A DNA stretch of 64,000 nucleotides from a virus (lineage: Duplodnaviria; Caudoviricetes): IMG/VR virus record IMGVR_UViG_3300011008_000008, one strand, 5' to 3'. This document shows positions 9,588 through 19,391 of the stretch, piece by piece. The first letter of the stretch is position 1, and every line of letters begins with the position of its first letter. A model generated the notes under the pieces. The model did no database searches, had not been told where the DNA came from, and worked only from the letters and a program-made list of their open reading frames with translations. A program made the translations under genes and the position numbers.

Positions 9588-9660
9588 AATAATGCCTCCC
9601 TCTACGCTTGTATTAGTTTCTTATACCATTTGATTGACATTCGTACTATGTTTTTCAATT

Positions 9661-9915
9661 TCAAAGCAGCGTCCACCAAAGATCAAACATCTTCTTATAC
9701 TGTCCACGATTCAGGTTATAATCGCCGTTCATCCTGCGCACCCTTCGATTGCAGACGTTGCAATAAAACTTCTTTCGATTGTAGTTGGACGAATACGGAT
9801 ACCACTTCATAAGGCGGCCACGATAGAAGCCAACGCCCGTACACCAGCCATTACCACCGTTTTCATAAATGTGCTTCAACCTTTTCTTGTCTTCCTGCTT
9901 GCGAAAATAACTCAT
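9661..9915 (-). CDS. Basic hypothetical phage protein
   Basis: ORF with RBS; NRRVRR...YKKMFDLWW motif. Confidence 0.55.
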   Translation of the reverse strand: MSYFRKQEDKKRLKHIYENGGNGWCTGVGFYRGRLMKWYPYSSNYNRKKFYCNVCNRRVRRMNGDYNLNRGQYKKMFDLWWTLL

Positions 9916-10675
9916 ATCTATCCACCTTTTATAATATCTTTTCGACTACTCAAAAGAGATTCCAAATTCTTCCTTATACAGCTTCAATAGCCCACTTACA
10001 AATAACTCTGCATCTTCCTTGCTCATACCACTAACAGAAAGTTTACCATTCGGCAGATGTATTACCCAAGCAATTACAACTGTACCAATCATTCCAGCAT
10101 GTCCATCAGTTGAACAAGGAAGTTCATTTTTCGGGACAATGCAATTGGCCGTTTCATTTTCCATCCCCTCAGATCCATAAAACATGATATAATCTTTTTG
10201 AGTTATACCGTCAACTCCAACTCCATATTTTGAATCATATTATTATCACAATTGACATAATCAAATTCATTTGACATAACTGTATCGCAAATAAATTGTG
10301 GCAAATACTCATCTGGCCTCATGCCATTAAAAGGTGTAATACCAAGATACTGAACTTTTCCAGCCGGATAGATAATGATAAAATACTCTTTGATATTATT
10401 CATGTTATTCTCCTTTAATTTTTTCTTTAATCAAATCAGTTACACTTGAAAATAAAGGCTTACTAATCATAATAGATTTATACTTATCTGTAGTTTGATT
10501 GATTATTTGACACCATTTCTCCGCCTCCTCTTTATCCTTGAAGAAGCAAAGTTCAGCATAATCTAACCCTTTCTCGCAAATCGCTACTCCCCAAATTGTC
10601 TTCATTTTTTAATTTCCTTTCAACTATAATCCAAGAATAATCTTTTATTCTAACGTCTGCATGTTAGTTATAATC

Positions 10676-11263
10676 TTATTCAAATATATTTTTTAGTATC
10701 ATTATTGGCCTTACAATAATATTATGCCTAATATTATGTCCCCTACGCATAACACTCCCTCCGCATCCAACATGTGCAGCACTTTGCGGGTGGCTACCTG
10801 GACTTCTAAGCCACCAAGATCCTTCTATCTTTCGTTCTTCTCGATTCAAAAATCTTTTAGCTTCATTTGCACTCAATAATGAAATATAGTCATCCGCATC
10901 AAAAAGTGAGACATCTCCATTATCAAAATAGTAATCCAAGTAATCCCATGTTTGCCACGTAGGTTTTTCATCCGCTGTATATATTGTTCGGATAATATAT
11001 TGTTTTTCTTCTTCTGAAAAGGCGTTATTATAAAAGGTATCATTTAACCATTTCCTCAGATCGCTTCCATACCAAGTTATTCCTTCATTTTTAGTATGAA
11101 ATGACATCCTGCATATGCCCTTATTTGAAATAAACAAACTGACATTCCCAATATTTTGAATTTCCAGCCATTTAATCGGTTTGCAATTCCATTTCCCGAA
11201 ATATATTGATCTTCTATCCATAGTATCATTCCTCAATCCTGCGATATTACATTGATTTGGCAT
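10676..11263 (-). CDS. DUF6273-like CLec-fold protein, paralogue of the DGR target
   Basis: PIKW, WYGSDLRKWLNDTFYNNAFS, WWLRSPG...VRP. Confidence 0.75.
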   Translation of the reverse strand: MPNQCNIAGLRNDTMDRRSIYFGKWNCKPIKWLEIQNIGNVSLFISNKGICRMSFHTKNEGITWYGSDLRKWLNDTFYNNAFSEEEKQYIIRTIYTADEKPTWQTWDYLDYYFDNGDVSLFDADDYISLLSANEAKRFLNREERKIEGSWWLRSPGSHPQSAAHVGCGGSVMRRGHNIRHNIIVRPIMILKNIFE

Positions 11264-11763
11264 GACTCCATGATATCAAGCGCTGCATTGTGCTTTTCCG
11301 GCGTCGTTCCGGCACAGCCAGCGGCAATCACCGTTATAGGCAAATTTGGATAGAACGTCTTGATCGTCAGCGCGTTCGAGATCACGCATATGTCCGTACA
11401 GAATCCCAGCATAACGACTTCATCATACTGATCAAGGTATTCCCCTTCCCAATCGTCATAGCCAAACTGCCACTTGTTCACGTAGGAAACATTCTCGCTC
11501 TCTTTATATCCGATCTCATCAACAACACGCCAACCCCAGCTTCCACGAAAACAATGCTCAATGGGGAGCTTCTTTCCTTCCAGGGTATTCAGATAGTCGG
11601 CATCGTGGCTATCCCTTGTGTAGATAATCTTGTGTCCATCCGCATGAAATCGGTCAACATACTGCTTGATAATCGGGATCGCGGCAACGGCTTCTTTTGT
11701 ACCGAGTGTTCCCGACGTAAAATCATTCTGAACATCGACAACAATCAGCGCTTTCTTATCCAT
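11233..11763 (-). CDS. Isochorismatase-family cysteine hydrolase (nicotinamidase/PncA-like)
   Basis: ALIVVDVQNDF, TRDSH, HC, K, GFCTDICV motifs; start re-set to MDKK after AGGAGG. Confidence 0.85.
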   Translation of the reverse strand: MDKKALIVVDVQNDFTSGTLGTKEAVAAIPIIKQYVDRFHADGHKIIYTRDSHDADYLNTLEGKKLPIEHCFRGSWGWRVVDEIGYKESENVSYVNKWQFGYDDWEGEYLDQYDEVVMLGFCTDICVISNALTIKTFYPNLPITVIAAGCAGTTPEKHNAALDIMESCQINVISQD

Positions 11764-12067
11764 CTGCTTCCTCCTGATATTCAAACAGGAACGGCACGCC
11801 ATTTCTGTTCGGATAAACCACAAACCAATCCGTCTTGTTCACCAGCGCATGCTTGCTGCCGCTCTTTAAGATTGTAGCTTTTCCGGTTTCGCCAAACAGC
11901 ACTACCATATGACCATCCGGATATCTCGAATTATCCTTGACAAGCTTCAATATAAAAGCCTCGTCTGTCTCTTTGGCATCAACCGTGATGTCATAGACGC
12001 TATCTCCATGCCAATCCAAGCGGCAAACATACCTTCCCGTTTTCATCCTGCGACCTCCTTTAGCCAA
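11756..12067 (-). CDS. Hypothetical protein
   Basis: ORF with AGGAGG RBS. Confidence 0.55.
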   Translation of the reverse strand: MAKGGRRMKTGRYVCRLDWHGDSVYDITVDAKETDEAFILKLVKDNSRYPDGHMVVLFGETGKATILKSGSKHALVNKTDWFVVYPNRNGVPFLFEYQEEADG

Positions 12068-12182
12068 AGTAAAATTCCATTCCCAGCCAACAAATCATTG
12101 TTCCATGCGGCATAAAGTAAAACCGTGGTATTATGTAAGAGAAAAACCGATTTATCTTCCTTTTCAACCTGGCGATCATTGC

Positions 12183-12830
12183 CTATACAATTCCTTTCTC
12201 AAAAATTTCATTTAAAACCCTCGGCTTATACTTCCTGCCGTTTAATCCCTGAATGCGTGATATTGTATGCGATATGGATTCCGGGTCTATCTTGCAATCC
12301 TCAATGATGCTAAGGATCAACAACTTGTCTTTAATCCAGCGCCGCCGAATCAGAACGCTTTGCAGCTTCTTATAGGCCATATACCCTTCGTAGGCGTTCA
12401 AATTCTTTTGTTCTATGTAATGCTGCAAATCCGTTACCTCGCGGTCAATGGAGCTTTGCTTCGCCAGCAGATCATCCTTCTTTGAGAACAGCGTTTCGGC
12501 GCACTTTAGAAATTCAATGATCGTCGTTTCAATATCTCCATCGTTGATCGCCTTGATTTCCTCCACGACATCCGATAACTGCATATCTGGCTTCTGTTGC
12601 TTTGTGGATTTATCTGGAACTTCAACGACGATGCTGTAATACTTTCTCTTTAGCTCTTTGCCCAGAGCAGATTTTCTTATCTTCTCCGCCCTTTTAAATT
12701 CATCCCACGAATCCCCATAGGCAAGACCATTGACAGGGACATACTTGTTCGACTTACTATCGCGTCGGATATAGTTTCCGTTGCCATCTGTAAGCATGTA
12801 CCTTTTCACTTCATCATCTCCTATTATCAA
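12183..12830 (-). CDS. Conserved coiled-coil phage protein
   Basis: IDREVTDLQHYIE...LNAYEGY...RRWIKD...YKPRVL motif. Confidence 0.65.
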   Translation of the reverse strand: MIIGDDEVKRYMLTDGNGNYIRRDSKSNKYVPVNGLAYGDSWDEFKRAEKIRKSALGKELKRKYYSIVVEVPDKSTKQQKPDMQLSDVVEEIKAINDGDIETTIIEFLKCAETLFSKKDDLLAKQSSIDREVTDLQHYIEQKNLNAYEGYMAYKKLQSVLIRRRWIKDKLLILSIIEDCKIDPESISHTISRIQGLNGRKYKPRVLNEIFEKGIV

Positions 12831-12894
12831 TACTTTTTTGTCTTATTTCCTTTGTTATAATATTAGGTTGCGCTTAAAAACGCAACCCAATATA

Positions 12895-13128
12895 TTATGC
12901 CGCGTTTTCCTCTTGCTCTACCAGATTACAAAAGAACTTGTATATCCTCTCATAGATGATGTCAACCTGATCTTCGCCAAGCAAATACCACTTATGTAAA
13001 ATCAAATTCTTCTTCAATCTATTAAAAGTGACATCCAGCTTCGGCCCATCTTTAAATACAACCTTGGCGGTATTTAAGTCGATTCCGTCTGCTACAATCC
13101 TTTTAATGCTCTTGACTTCAAATTCCAT
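12895..13128 (-). CDS. Small protein behind a LexA-box promoter (candidate induction factor)
   Basis: GAAGGTG RBS; SOS box directly upstream. Confidence 0.55.
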   Translation of the reverse strand: MEFEVKSIKRIVADGIDLNTAKVVFKDGPKLDVTFNRLKKNLILHKWYLLGEDQVDIIYERIYKFFCNLVEQEENAA

Positions 13129-13149
13129 ACATACACCTTCTTTCAGAAT

Positions 13150-13163
13150 CGAACATTCGTTCT
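13150..13163. promoter_or_regulatory. LexA/DinR SOS box
   Basis: AGAACGAATGTTCG (minus) fits Gram-positive GAAC-RNRY-GTTC, just downstream of an extended -10 TGnTATAAT (13179-13187). Confidence 0.7.
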
Positions 13164-13270
13164 AAGAACGTTGAAAACATTATAACACAAATCAATTCTC
13201 TCCACAATAGAACGCTCCATTAATTTCACTGTACTATCATTACTTTTTTGTCTTATTTTATTGGCTTAAT

Positions 13271-13294
13271 ATATATGGGCCGAAGCCCATATAT
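13271..13294 (-). terminator. Hairpin after the MrpR-like gene
   Basis: ATATATGGGC-CGAA-GCCCATATAT perfect inverted repeat. Confidence 0.65.
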
Positions 13295-13295
13295 A

Positions 13296-14288
13296 TCATC
13301 GCCGCATAAAAGGTCTCATGTTCCTTTTTATATGAGTGATGTTATAGTCAGACACTCCATACTCTCTCGCTACGGCGGTTAGTTTTTTGACACTGCTTCT
13401 CTCCCTTGAAGGTGTAAGCAATCGATTCGTTTCTTCTACACCCCATTTCTTTACCATATAATCGTAAAAGCCAAGCAGATAAAGCATACGATAGTTGATT
13501 TCAAATCCAAGCGCTTTCCTAAGCCTTTCTGCAATCGTCCTATTGATCAGATTGGCAACTAAAATTTGCGACCTATTATTAAACCCAGATTCTTCGCTCT
13601 TTCTGATCGGGAATTTAAAGTAACTATCATGCCATGAAGCCATACAAAATTCATTTCTCCAGGCGCTCATGGTTTCCATATTATGAATCTCGACCAGAAG
13701 CTCAAAGCACCGATCATCTAACCAAATCGTTCTGCCGAAGAAGTTGATTTCCTTTTTCTCAAAGTCAATCATGCTTTCCTTCAACCTGACAATTTCTTCC
13801 GCTCTCTCAAATCCGTTGTAGAAGAGCCGGATAACACATTCAACATACTTGGCTCTATCTGTTTCATTGGTTTTGTATACTTCATCGATTGCATTCTGAA
13901 CAATTTCCCAGGTAACAGGTTCCAAATAACTCGAAAGCCTTTCATAAGCTGCGGCTCCACGCATTTTTGCATCGCGCCACGGATTCTTCATCATTTCATA
14001 ATGGTCAATATAGTATTCAAATATCTTTCTATAAAGCACTGCGATGCAATCATACGAAGTATAACTAATCGAAAACCCGCCCTCACTTTTAAAGGTGCTG
14101 ACCATATCAAACAGTTCATCAACATTCATATCGACAAGCTGTTTGCCAATCTTTTCCTCATAAGCGAATACTTCCGGACGATATACCTGTCCCCTTGTCC
14201 TTTTAACATAGCTCTCATCCTGCTGCTCGGCGAAAAACTCTTCAAAGAGCTGCCGCGTTGAAATCATAGCCATTACTGTTACCTCCAT
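13296..14288 (-). CDS. MrpR/YopR-like repressor (degenerate tyrosine-recombinase fold)
   Basis: YEEKIGKQLVDMNVDELFDM core-binding-like N-domain; VIRLFYNGF..AEEIVRLKESMID box; no HxxR; ~330 aa as for SPbeta MrpR. Confidence 0.62.
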   Translation of the reverse strand: MEVTVMAMISTRQLFEEFFAEQQDESYVKRTRGQVYRPEVFAYEEKIGKQLVDMNVDELFDMVSTFKSEGGFSISYTSYDCIAVLYRKIFEYYIDHYEMMKNPWRDAKMRGAAAYERLSSYLEPVTWEIVQNAIDEVYKTNETDRAKYVECVIRLFYNGFERAEEIVRLKESMIDFEKKEINFFGRTIWLDDRCFELLVEIHNMETMSAWRNEFCMASWHDSYFKFPIRKSEESGFNNRSQILVANLINRTIAERLRKALGFEINYRMLYLLGFYDYMVKKWGVEETNRLLTPSRERSSVKKLTAVAREYGVSDYNITHIKRNMRPFMRR

Positions 14289-14296
14289 TCAATTAG

Positions 14297-14355
14297 ATTC
14301 TACCACGAAAAATAATTATTGTCAAGTATATACTCAAAATATTATTGTCTTATTT
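14297..14355 (-). promoter_or_regulatory. Promoter of the MrpR-like gene with upstream operator-like motif
   Basis: TTGACA-17-TAGAAT; TGTCTTATTT at 14346-14355. Confidence 0.7.
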
Positions 14356-14358
14356 CTT

Positions 14359-14763
14359 TCAAGAAAACATTCTGACAATCGGAAACTGAATTTCCAACGC
14401 CTGGTATATCCTTGACAGCGTTGCTGTATCGTTGATCTCTCCTATGCGGATGCTCAACTGTTTCACAGACACCGTTGTAATCTGTTCGATGAGCAACGTG
14501 CTTGCTTTCCGCAGCCCATAGCGTTCATAATCCCGCAAGTCAACATGAATCGGCAGATTATTCTTGCCCACCTTGGAAGTGAGTGGAATAACATTCAATG
14601 TTGGACTGAACGCATTATTCTTATTGTTGGATAAAACAAATACTGGCCTATATCCCCCTTGAACACTCCCGTTCTTTTCATAAAGCTCACACATCAGATT
14701 TCGCCAAACTTGGGCTTCTCCAGATAAGGCTTGATGTTCATGATCTCCGACATGTATATCCAC
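14359..14763 (-). CDS. PemK/MazF-family endoribonuclease
   Basis: GSVQGGYRPVFVLSNNKNN...VIPLTS...HV...LLIEQITTV. Confidence 0.88.
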   Translation of the reverse strand: MDIHVGDHEHQALSGEAQVWRNLMCELYEKNGSVQGGYRPVFVLSNNKNNAFSPTLNVIPLTSKVGKNNLPIHVDLRDYERYGLRKASTLLIEQITTVSVKQLSIRIGEINDTATLSRIYQALEIQFPIVRMFS

Positions 14764-14832
14764 CCCTTTCTCACACAGATATATTTTTATATTTCAGTGC
14801 GTCAAAAGCGGTTTCAATACTTTCTGCGTCGG

Positions 14833-15150
14833 CTATCTCTTGAATCTTGGTTCAGGTCTTACATCAAATCTGTATCTGTCATCCAAGAATATAAGCTTGC
14901 CGATCCCATTGATGCGATAACAGTGAAAGGGCTTGTTTGGGTCGTTATTATCTTCAACGCATGCTTTCATTTTAAGCATCACAGCCTCGACAATTTCTTC
15001 GGTTCTATCCTCTGACTTAGAATCCCATTTGATTTTGTCATTCTTGATTTCACCGCGACCAATATAAAGCCGTTTCCCGTATCTATCAAAACCAATGTGG
15101 AACTTATTCCACAATACTGCCATTATGCCCCCTTTCCATTGACAATTCAC
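14833..15150 (-). CDS. Hypothetical protein
   Basis: ORF behind its own promoter (15187-15215). Confidence 0.55.
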   Translation of the reverse strand: MNCQWKGGIMAVLWNKFHIGFDRYGKRLYIGRGEIKNDKIKWDSKSEDRTEEIVEAVMLKMKACVEDNNDPNKPFHCYRINGIGKLIFLDDRYRFDVRPEPRFKR

Positions 15151-15167
15151 CGCTTTGACACTTACGA

Positions 15168-15233
15168 TGTCCTCTTGACATATATAAGTATACCAGCTTC
15201 GGTAAATACTGTCAATACGTTTTTGTCTTATTT
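15168..15233 (-). promoter_or_regulatory. Repeated promoter cassette (leftmost copy with TGTC-N5-GACA)
   Basis: TTGACA-17-TATACT, palindrome 15168-15180, upstream AAATAAGACA. Confidence 0.8.
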
Positions 15234-15490
15234 CTTGACTTTGTTACAATTCATGTAACATTTTATTTAGCACAGTTAATATTTTTTACTTTCGATATAT
15301 CACCCCTTGAAATTACTGCCTAAACTGCCATATCTTTCAGTGATCAACTTCAACAAAGCTTGGAGTGCCTGATAACCTTCACCTTCCACTTTCCAATATT
15401 CATTATTTTGAAGCCCTATAATGTGCGCAATAACCAAATCACGGAATGCTGCTTCCCCACGAGTGTATTCATTCACGCTGTTTCCCTCCT

Positions 15491-16438
15491 TCACTTTACA
15501 ACCTGCTCAACCATCGCCATAATGTTGGCGAATGCTTCAACATGAACCATAGGTTTAGTCTCGCTGGCGTTATCCCTACCGGACTCATACGCAAGCTGAA
15601 TAATCGTTCTTAAATCATCACTATTCAAAGTAACCACCGGGGAATCGGATGCTACTGCAAACGATTCATTCCCCACCACATACCGATCAAAGCACTCCCC
15701 TATTTCGTCGTGCAAATCATCAACGCATTCCTTCGTCCTGTCCGTATATGCCTCGGTTACTCTGGTGCTGGAATGGTTGTAAATACCGCTTACGGTTTCC
15801 AGAATGCGCGGATCTTGAGGATGAAGCTTCATTGCCGTAGCGCCGAAGGTCTTGCGACAGCTATGCGTACCAACATTGTATTCAATCCCTACTGCTTCAG
15901 CGGCCTTTTTGATTGCCTTGCGGCATCCATCATAGGAAAGAACGCGCCCAGCATAATTTCCCGTTAGCTGTAGACAAACCGGATTCTGATATTCATTCTC
16001 GGCAGGATTGCAACCCGTCTTTTCGCAGTAAAGATTGATTGCATTACGAACAGAAGCGCTGATGTGGGGATTCGCAAACTTGCCTGTCTTTTCTTCCTTG
16101 ATTTCCAGCAAACAGCTTCTAAATGCGCCAGTCCTGGGATCAAAGAAGTGCACCCACCTTAAACTGCGCATATCGCCATTGCGCCGAGCCAGATTGACAG
16201 ACAGTGCAAACAATAGATAGTGCAACCACATATCACGATCTTCAAAATAATGAAGTATCTTGTTTGCATCCTCGATCTTGAAATAGAATACCTCAGATTT
16301 CTTGCCCTTCTGTGCATTGCTCTTGATGTTCTTGGGCGTACCATCCTTCTTCAGCCGCATCGGGCGAAGCTGAACGATATTGTTGATACGCTCCTGACCA
16401 ACTTCTTCAAAACAGATTGCACGTTCAGACATTTTCAA
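15491..16438 (-). CDS. Tyrosine recombinase/integrase-family protein
   Basis: R (ARRNGD), K (EEKTGK), HSCRKTFG, H (YNHSS) and Y (TEAY) catalytic set intact. Confidence 0.9.
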   Translation of the reverse strand: MKMSERAICFEEVGQERINNIVQLRPMRLKKDGTPKNIKSNAQKGKKSEVFYFKIEDANKILHYFEDRDMWLHYLLFALSVNLARRNGDMRSLRWVHFFDPRTGAFRSCLLEIKEEKTGKFANPHISASVRNAINLYCEKTGCNPAENEYQNPVCLQLTGNYAGRVLSYDGCRKAIKKAAEAVGIEYNVGTHSCRKTFGATAMKLHPQDPRILETVSGIYNHSSTRVTEAYTDRTKECVDDLHDEIGECFDRYVVGNESFAVASDSPVVTLNSDDLRTIIQLAYESGRDNASETKPMVHVEAFANIMAMVEQVVK

Positions 16439-17049
16439 TGCCTCCTATCATTTTGCCTTTGCGTTGATTAAATTATAGCATGCCCTTCATGTATTGTCAA
16501 TATGTTTTTGCGTTATTTCCTTAAATTATTTTACTTCATTTTTAAATATACGTATTTTCTGGTTTTCTCCCCATAATCTATCCGTATTTAAAAATCTCCT
16601 TTTATTGCCCTGCTGTTTTTCTTCATATTTAAAAACATAAAAATGCCGACACCTATGGCATCGACACATCTTTCAATCATTTTCATCGTATATTTCCTGC
16701 CCTGTATTAATCACATATCCAGGCCCACAATTTGGACATTCCAAATCCTTCAACCATACACCCTCCGGATAGACACCAAGCCAACGCTCCATACACTTTA
16801 GGCAAACCACTTCCGAAACAATGTGCGGTTTCAGCTCATAGATATCAACTATCTCACCCATCTTAAATAATCCGCTCCAGCCATGTTACAATGCAAATGA
16901 TCATCGCCAAAGCTTCAAACGCGAACGCCAATGATTGCTTATGATTAAGTTCCATTTCGGTCAAGCTCAAATCATATACGTCCCATATAAAGATTCCAAA
17001 GCAAAAAATCAGCATGAACACTCTAAATACCATCGTGCATCATCCCCCA

Positions 17050-17394
17050 TCAGTAATACTTGATCCCAACCTTCAATCCAGATTCTCTTGCTATCTGGAT
17101 CATGTGCCTGGTTCCCCTGCTCTCGCCATCCCAGAACGCCAGCAGCGCGTTCGCGTACTTCGCCATCTCTGCATTGCGCAAATACCCTGCTCGTTTACCA
17201 TACCTGTCCCATTCCGCAGGAAAAACTCGCAAAGAATAACCTCTATCCTTCGCATACCTCTCCCCTAAAGCATCCGCGCCACGCGCACCGCCGCTGACGA
17301 TCTCTATATCATCGGTAATTTTGGACAGCATAAAATCAGCATATCTACACAGAAGATTATAATCTTCAAATGTGCGCGATCCCGCAATTATCAC
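17050..17394 (-). CDS. SLOG superfamily (DUF2493/YspA-like) protein
   Basis: IIAGSR, IVSGGARGADALGERYA, RNAEMA, AFWDGESRGT. Confidence 0.85.
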   Translation of the reverse strand: MIIAGSRTFEDYNLLCRYADFMLSKITDDIEIVSGGARGADALGERYAKDRGYSLRVFPAEWDRYGKRAGYLRNAEMAKYANALLAFWDGESRGTRHMIQIARESGLKVGIKYY

Positions 17395-17407
17395 CTTAAA
17401 AATACAA

Positions 17408-17980
17408 TCATTCCCCTTCGCTCCACGGCGTTTCCTTCATCTGCCTTGCCGATGGAATAGATGTCCAATAGCGCAAATCTCTGCGCCCGTTAATATATCC
17501 CTTGTGTATTGCCATCCAGCCAATGGGTCTATTGACGCTCTCGCAAAACGCAGGTAAACAACCATCTGTATCTAAAGCCGGATTGTTTTTGAAATCATCC
17601 TCGGTTATCAACCTCGGGCTGGATATTGCCGCCGCATATCTCGCGTAAGCCCATACCTCGTTGATCAGACTGGCCAAACCGTCACGGGTTCTATATCCAT
17701 CCCAATCTATAAGTATGTCGGCAATGTTTTGTAGATTCTCGGAAGCAGTCATACCTTCAAGCCATCTCTTTGTTTCATCTTCCAATTCAATCGGCTTGGG
17801 CCTTTCTATTTCAGGCTCCTGGTTCTGCGCTTTCAGCATTTCGATAACATCATCTACTTTGCATAGCATCTGTACTGTGATTCTCATTTCATCCATCGAA
17901 TGATTATGCACGGATTTTTTCATCCATGTTGCAACATCTTCCAGCCCATTAATTGTTTTCTCTCGCTCAGTCATTCCCAC
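17408..17980 (-). CDS. WRCW-motif paralogue family protein (divergent)
   Basis: SPRLIT...LRYWTSIPSARQMKETPW. Confidence 0.55.
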   Translation of the reverse strand: MGMTEREKTINGLEDVATWMKKSVHNHSMDEMRITVQMLCKVDDVIEMLKAQNQEPEIERPKPIELEDETKRWLEGMTASENLQNIADILIDWDGYRTRDGLASLINEVWAYARYAAAISSPRLITEDDFKNNPALDTDGCLPAFCESVNRPIGWMAIHKGYINGRRDLRYWTSIPSARQMKETPWSEGE

Positions 17981-18274
17981 GCCACCGCCTGTCCACAGTA
18001 TTTACAGAAAGATGTCAACGTCTTTCCTTCAATCTTTTTGCCGCATTTCGGGCATTTCCCGATCCACGGCACATTTGGATTAAGTACGTTATCATGTGCT
18101 TTGTGGACGTTTATGACAAGTTTTGGCTCCCGCGTTTTCAAGGCTTCAATTCCTTTCTGATATGCTTTTCTGATACGTCTTTCACATTCAGTTCTGGTCT
18201 GCTCTGTCTCTTTAGAATCATCATCCCACCTAACCTGTATTGAAGCCTGTAATTGAAGCCATTTAATCGCTTCT

Positions 18275-18718
18275 TCATTCGTCATTCCACTTTTCAACCT
18301 CCATCTGTTTATTTGTCGGGCGTGAAGTCCAACAACGCCAGTAGCGTCCATAATCCTCCATAGAAAGTACTGACTCATTATTACAGCCCCAGAAATGTAC
18401 CGCAAGCCCTTTTGATGCAGAGTCAAATTCTATGACCTCGCCATACCAGGACTTATTGTTGTATTGTGTTTCCACAAACACAACATTGCCAATTTGAAGC
18501 TCGTGGGCTTTAATAAGTCTCGGTTCCTGCACCTTCAGCAAATCAAAAGCATCTGCACATAATCTTTCCTTGTCACACGTAACCTCTCTGTAATCGGCTT
18601 CTTCATCTTCGTCAATGCTAATCAGATAAGGGCATTGATCACATGCGCCCAACCATTCTTCTTCAACACAACATTTCAAGCCTTGAAGAACCCTTGTAAG
18701 CTTTTCCGCATCTGTCAT
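18275..18718 (-). CDS. WRCW-motif paralogue family protein
   Basis: QEPRLI...YGRYWRCWTSRPTNKQMEVEKW. Confidence 0.65.
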   Translation of the reverse strand: MTDAEKLTRVLQGLKCCVEEEWLGACDQCPYLISIDEDEEADYREVTCDKERLCADAFDLLKVQEPRLIKAHELQIGNVVFVETQYNNKSWYGEVIEFDSASKGLAVHFWGCNNESVLSMEDYGRYWRCWTSRPTNKQMEVEKWNDE

Positions 18719-18821
18719 TAATCCTCACCGCTTTCTTTGTAGTATGAGCAATCGGAACAATCTTCTTCCGGATGAAACAACAACGGACATACATACCAGT
18801 CAGGTAATGTACAAATTCCTT

Positions 18822-19391
18822 CTACCACTTTTCCCACGGCGTTTCCTCCCACGGTATCTCCTCCATTTGCCTTTTCGTCGGGCGAGCTGTCCAGCATCGC
18901 CAATGATTCATATAGCCAGCTTTTGTGAAACTATTTGAATTTCCACGTCTATCAGTAAACCATACGTAAGTATCATCGACAAAGTGGAATAATCTGCATA
19001 CAGGATCGTTATCTCCGTTCTGAATATAGACATAATCTGATCGGTAAACTTCTTCCAGAGTCATTACTCTTGGAGCTTCCGGCTTTAAATAAACAGACGG
19101 TGCATGTTCAATTACTTCCGATTCAACAACGGATACACCGCCAAACGGATTGTCCCAGGTCGCCGGTTCAGTTAGATGGGAAAAATCAAGAAGGTAATCA
19201 CGACTTACTGCATCATCGCAAGGCTCTTGTGTTTGCAACAGATATAACGTGCTACCCAGCAAAACAGAATGACAATCTCTTTCCAGATTGTGATACGGGC
19301 ACGCGGCAACATTACATTGGATGATATCATCTCGTCCCAAACATTGTTGCAAACCATTTATAACCTTTTCCCGCTTCTCCTGTATTGTCAT
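18822..19391 (-). CDS. WRCW-motif paralogue family protein
   Basis: APRVMTLEEV...WRCWTARPTKRQMEEIPW; CDDAVSR module. Confidence 0.65.
   Translation of the reverse strand: MTIQEKREKVINGLQQCLGRDDIIQCNVAACPYHNLERDCHSVLLGSTLYLLQTQEPCDDAVSRDYLLDFSHLTEPATWDNPFGGVSVVESEVIEHAPSVYLKPEAPRVMTLEEVYRSDYVYIQNGDNDPVCRLFHFVDDTYVWFTDRRGNSNSFTKAGYMNHWRCWTARPTKRQMEEIPWEETPWEKW

Noticed and set aside
15491-16438. Recombinase as the prophage integrase with an att site here
   Set aside because: Phage-like genes continue on both sides; no host junction or att duplication is visible
13296-16438. Arbitrium (aimR/aimP) system
   Set aside because: No TPR receptor or signal-peptide ORF recognised in this window
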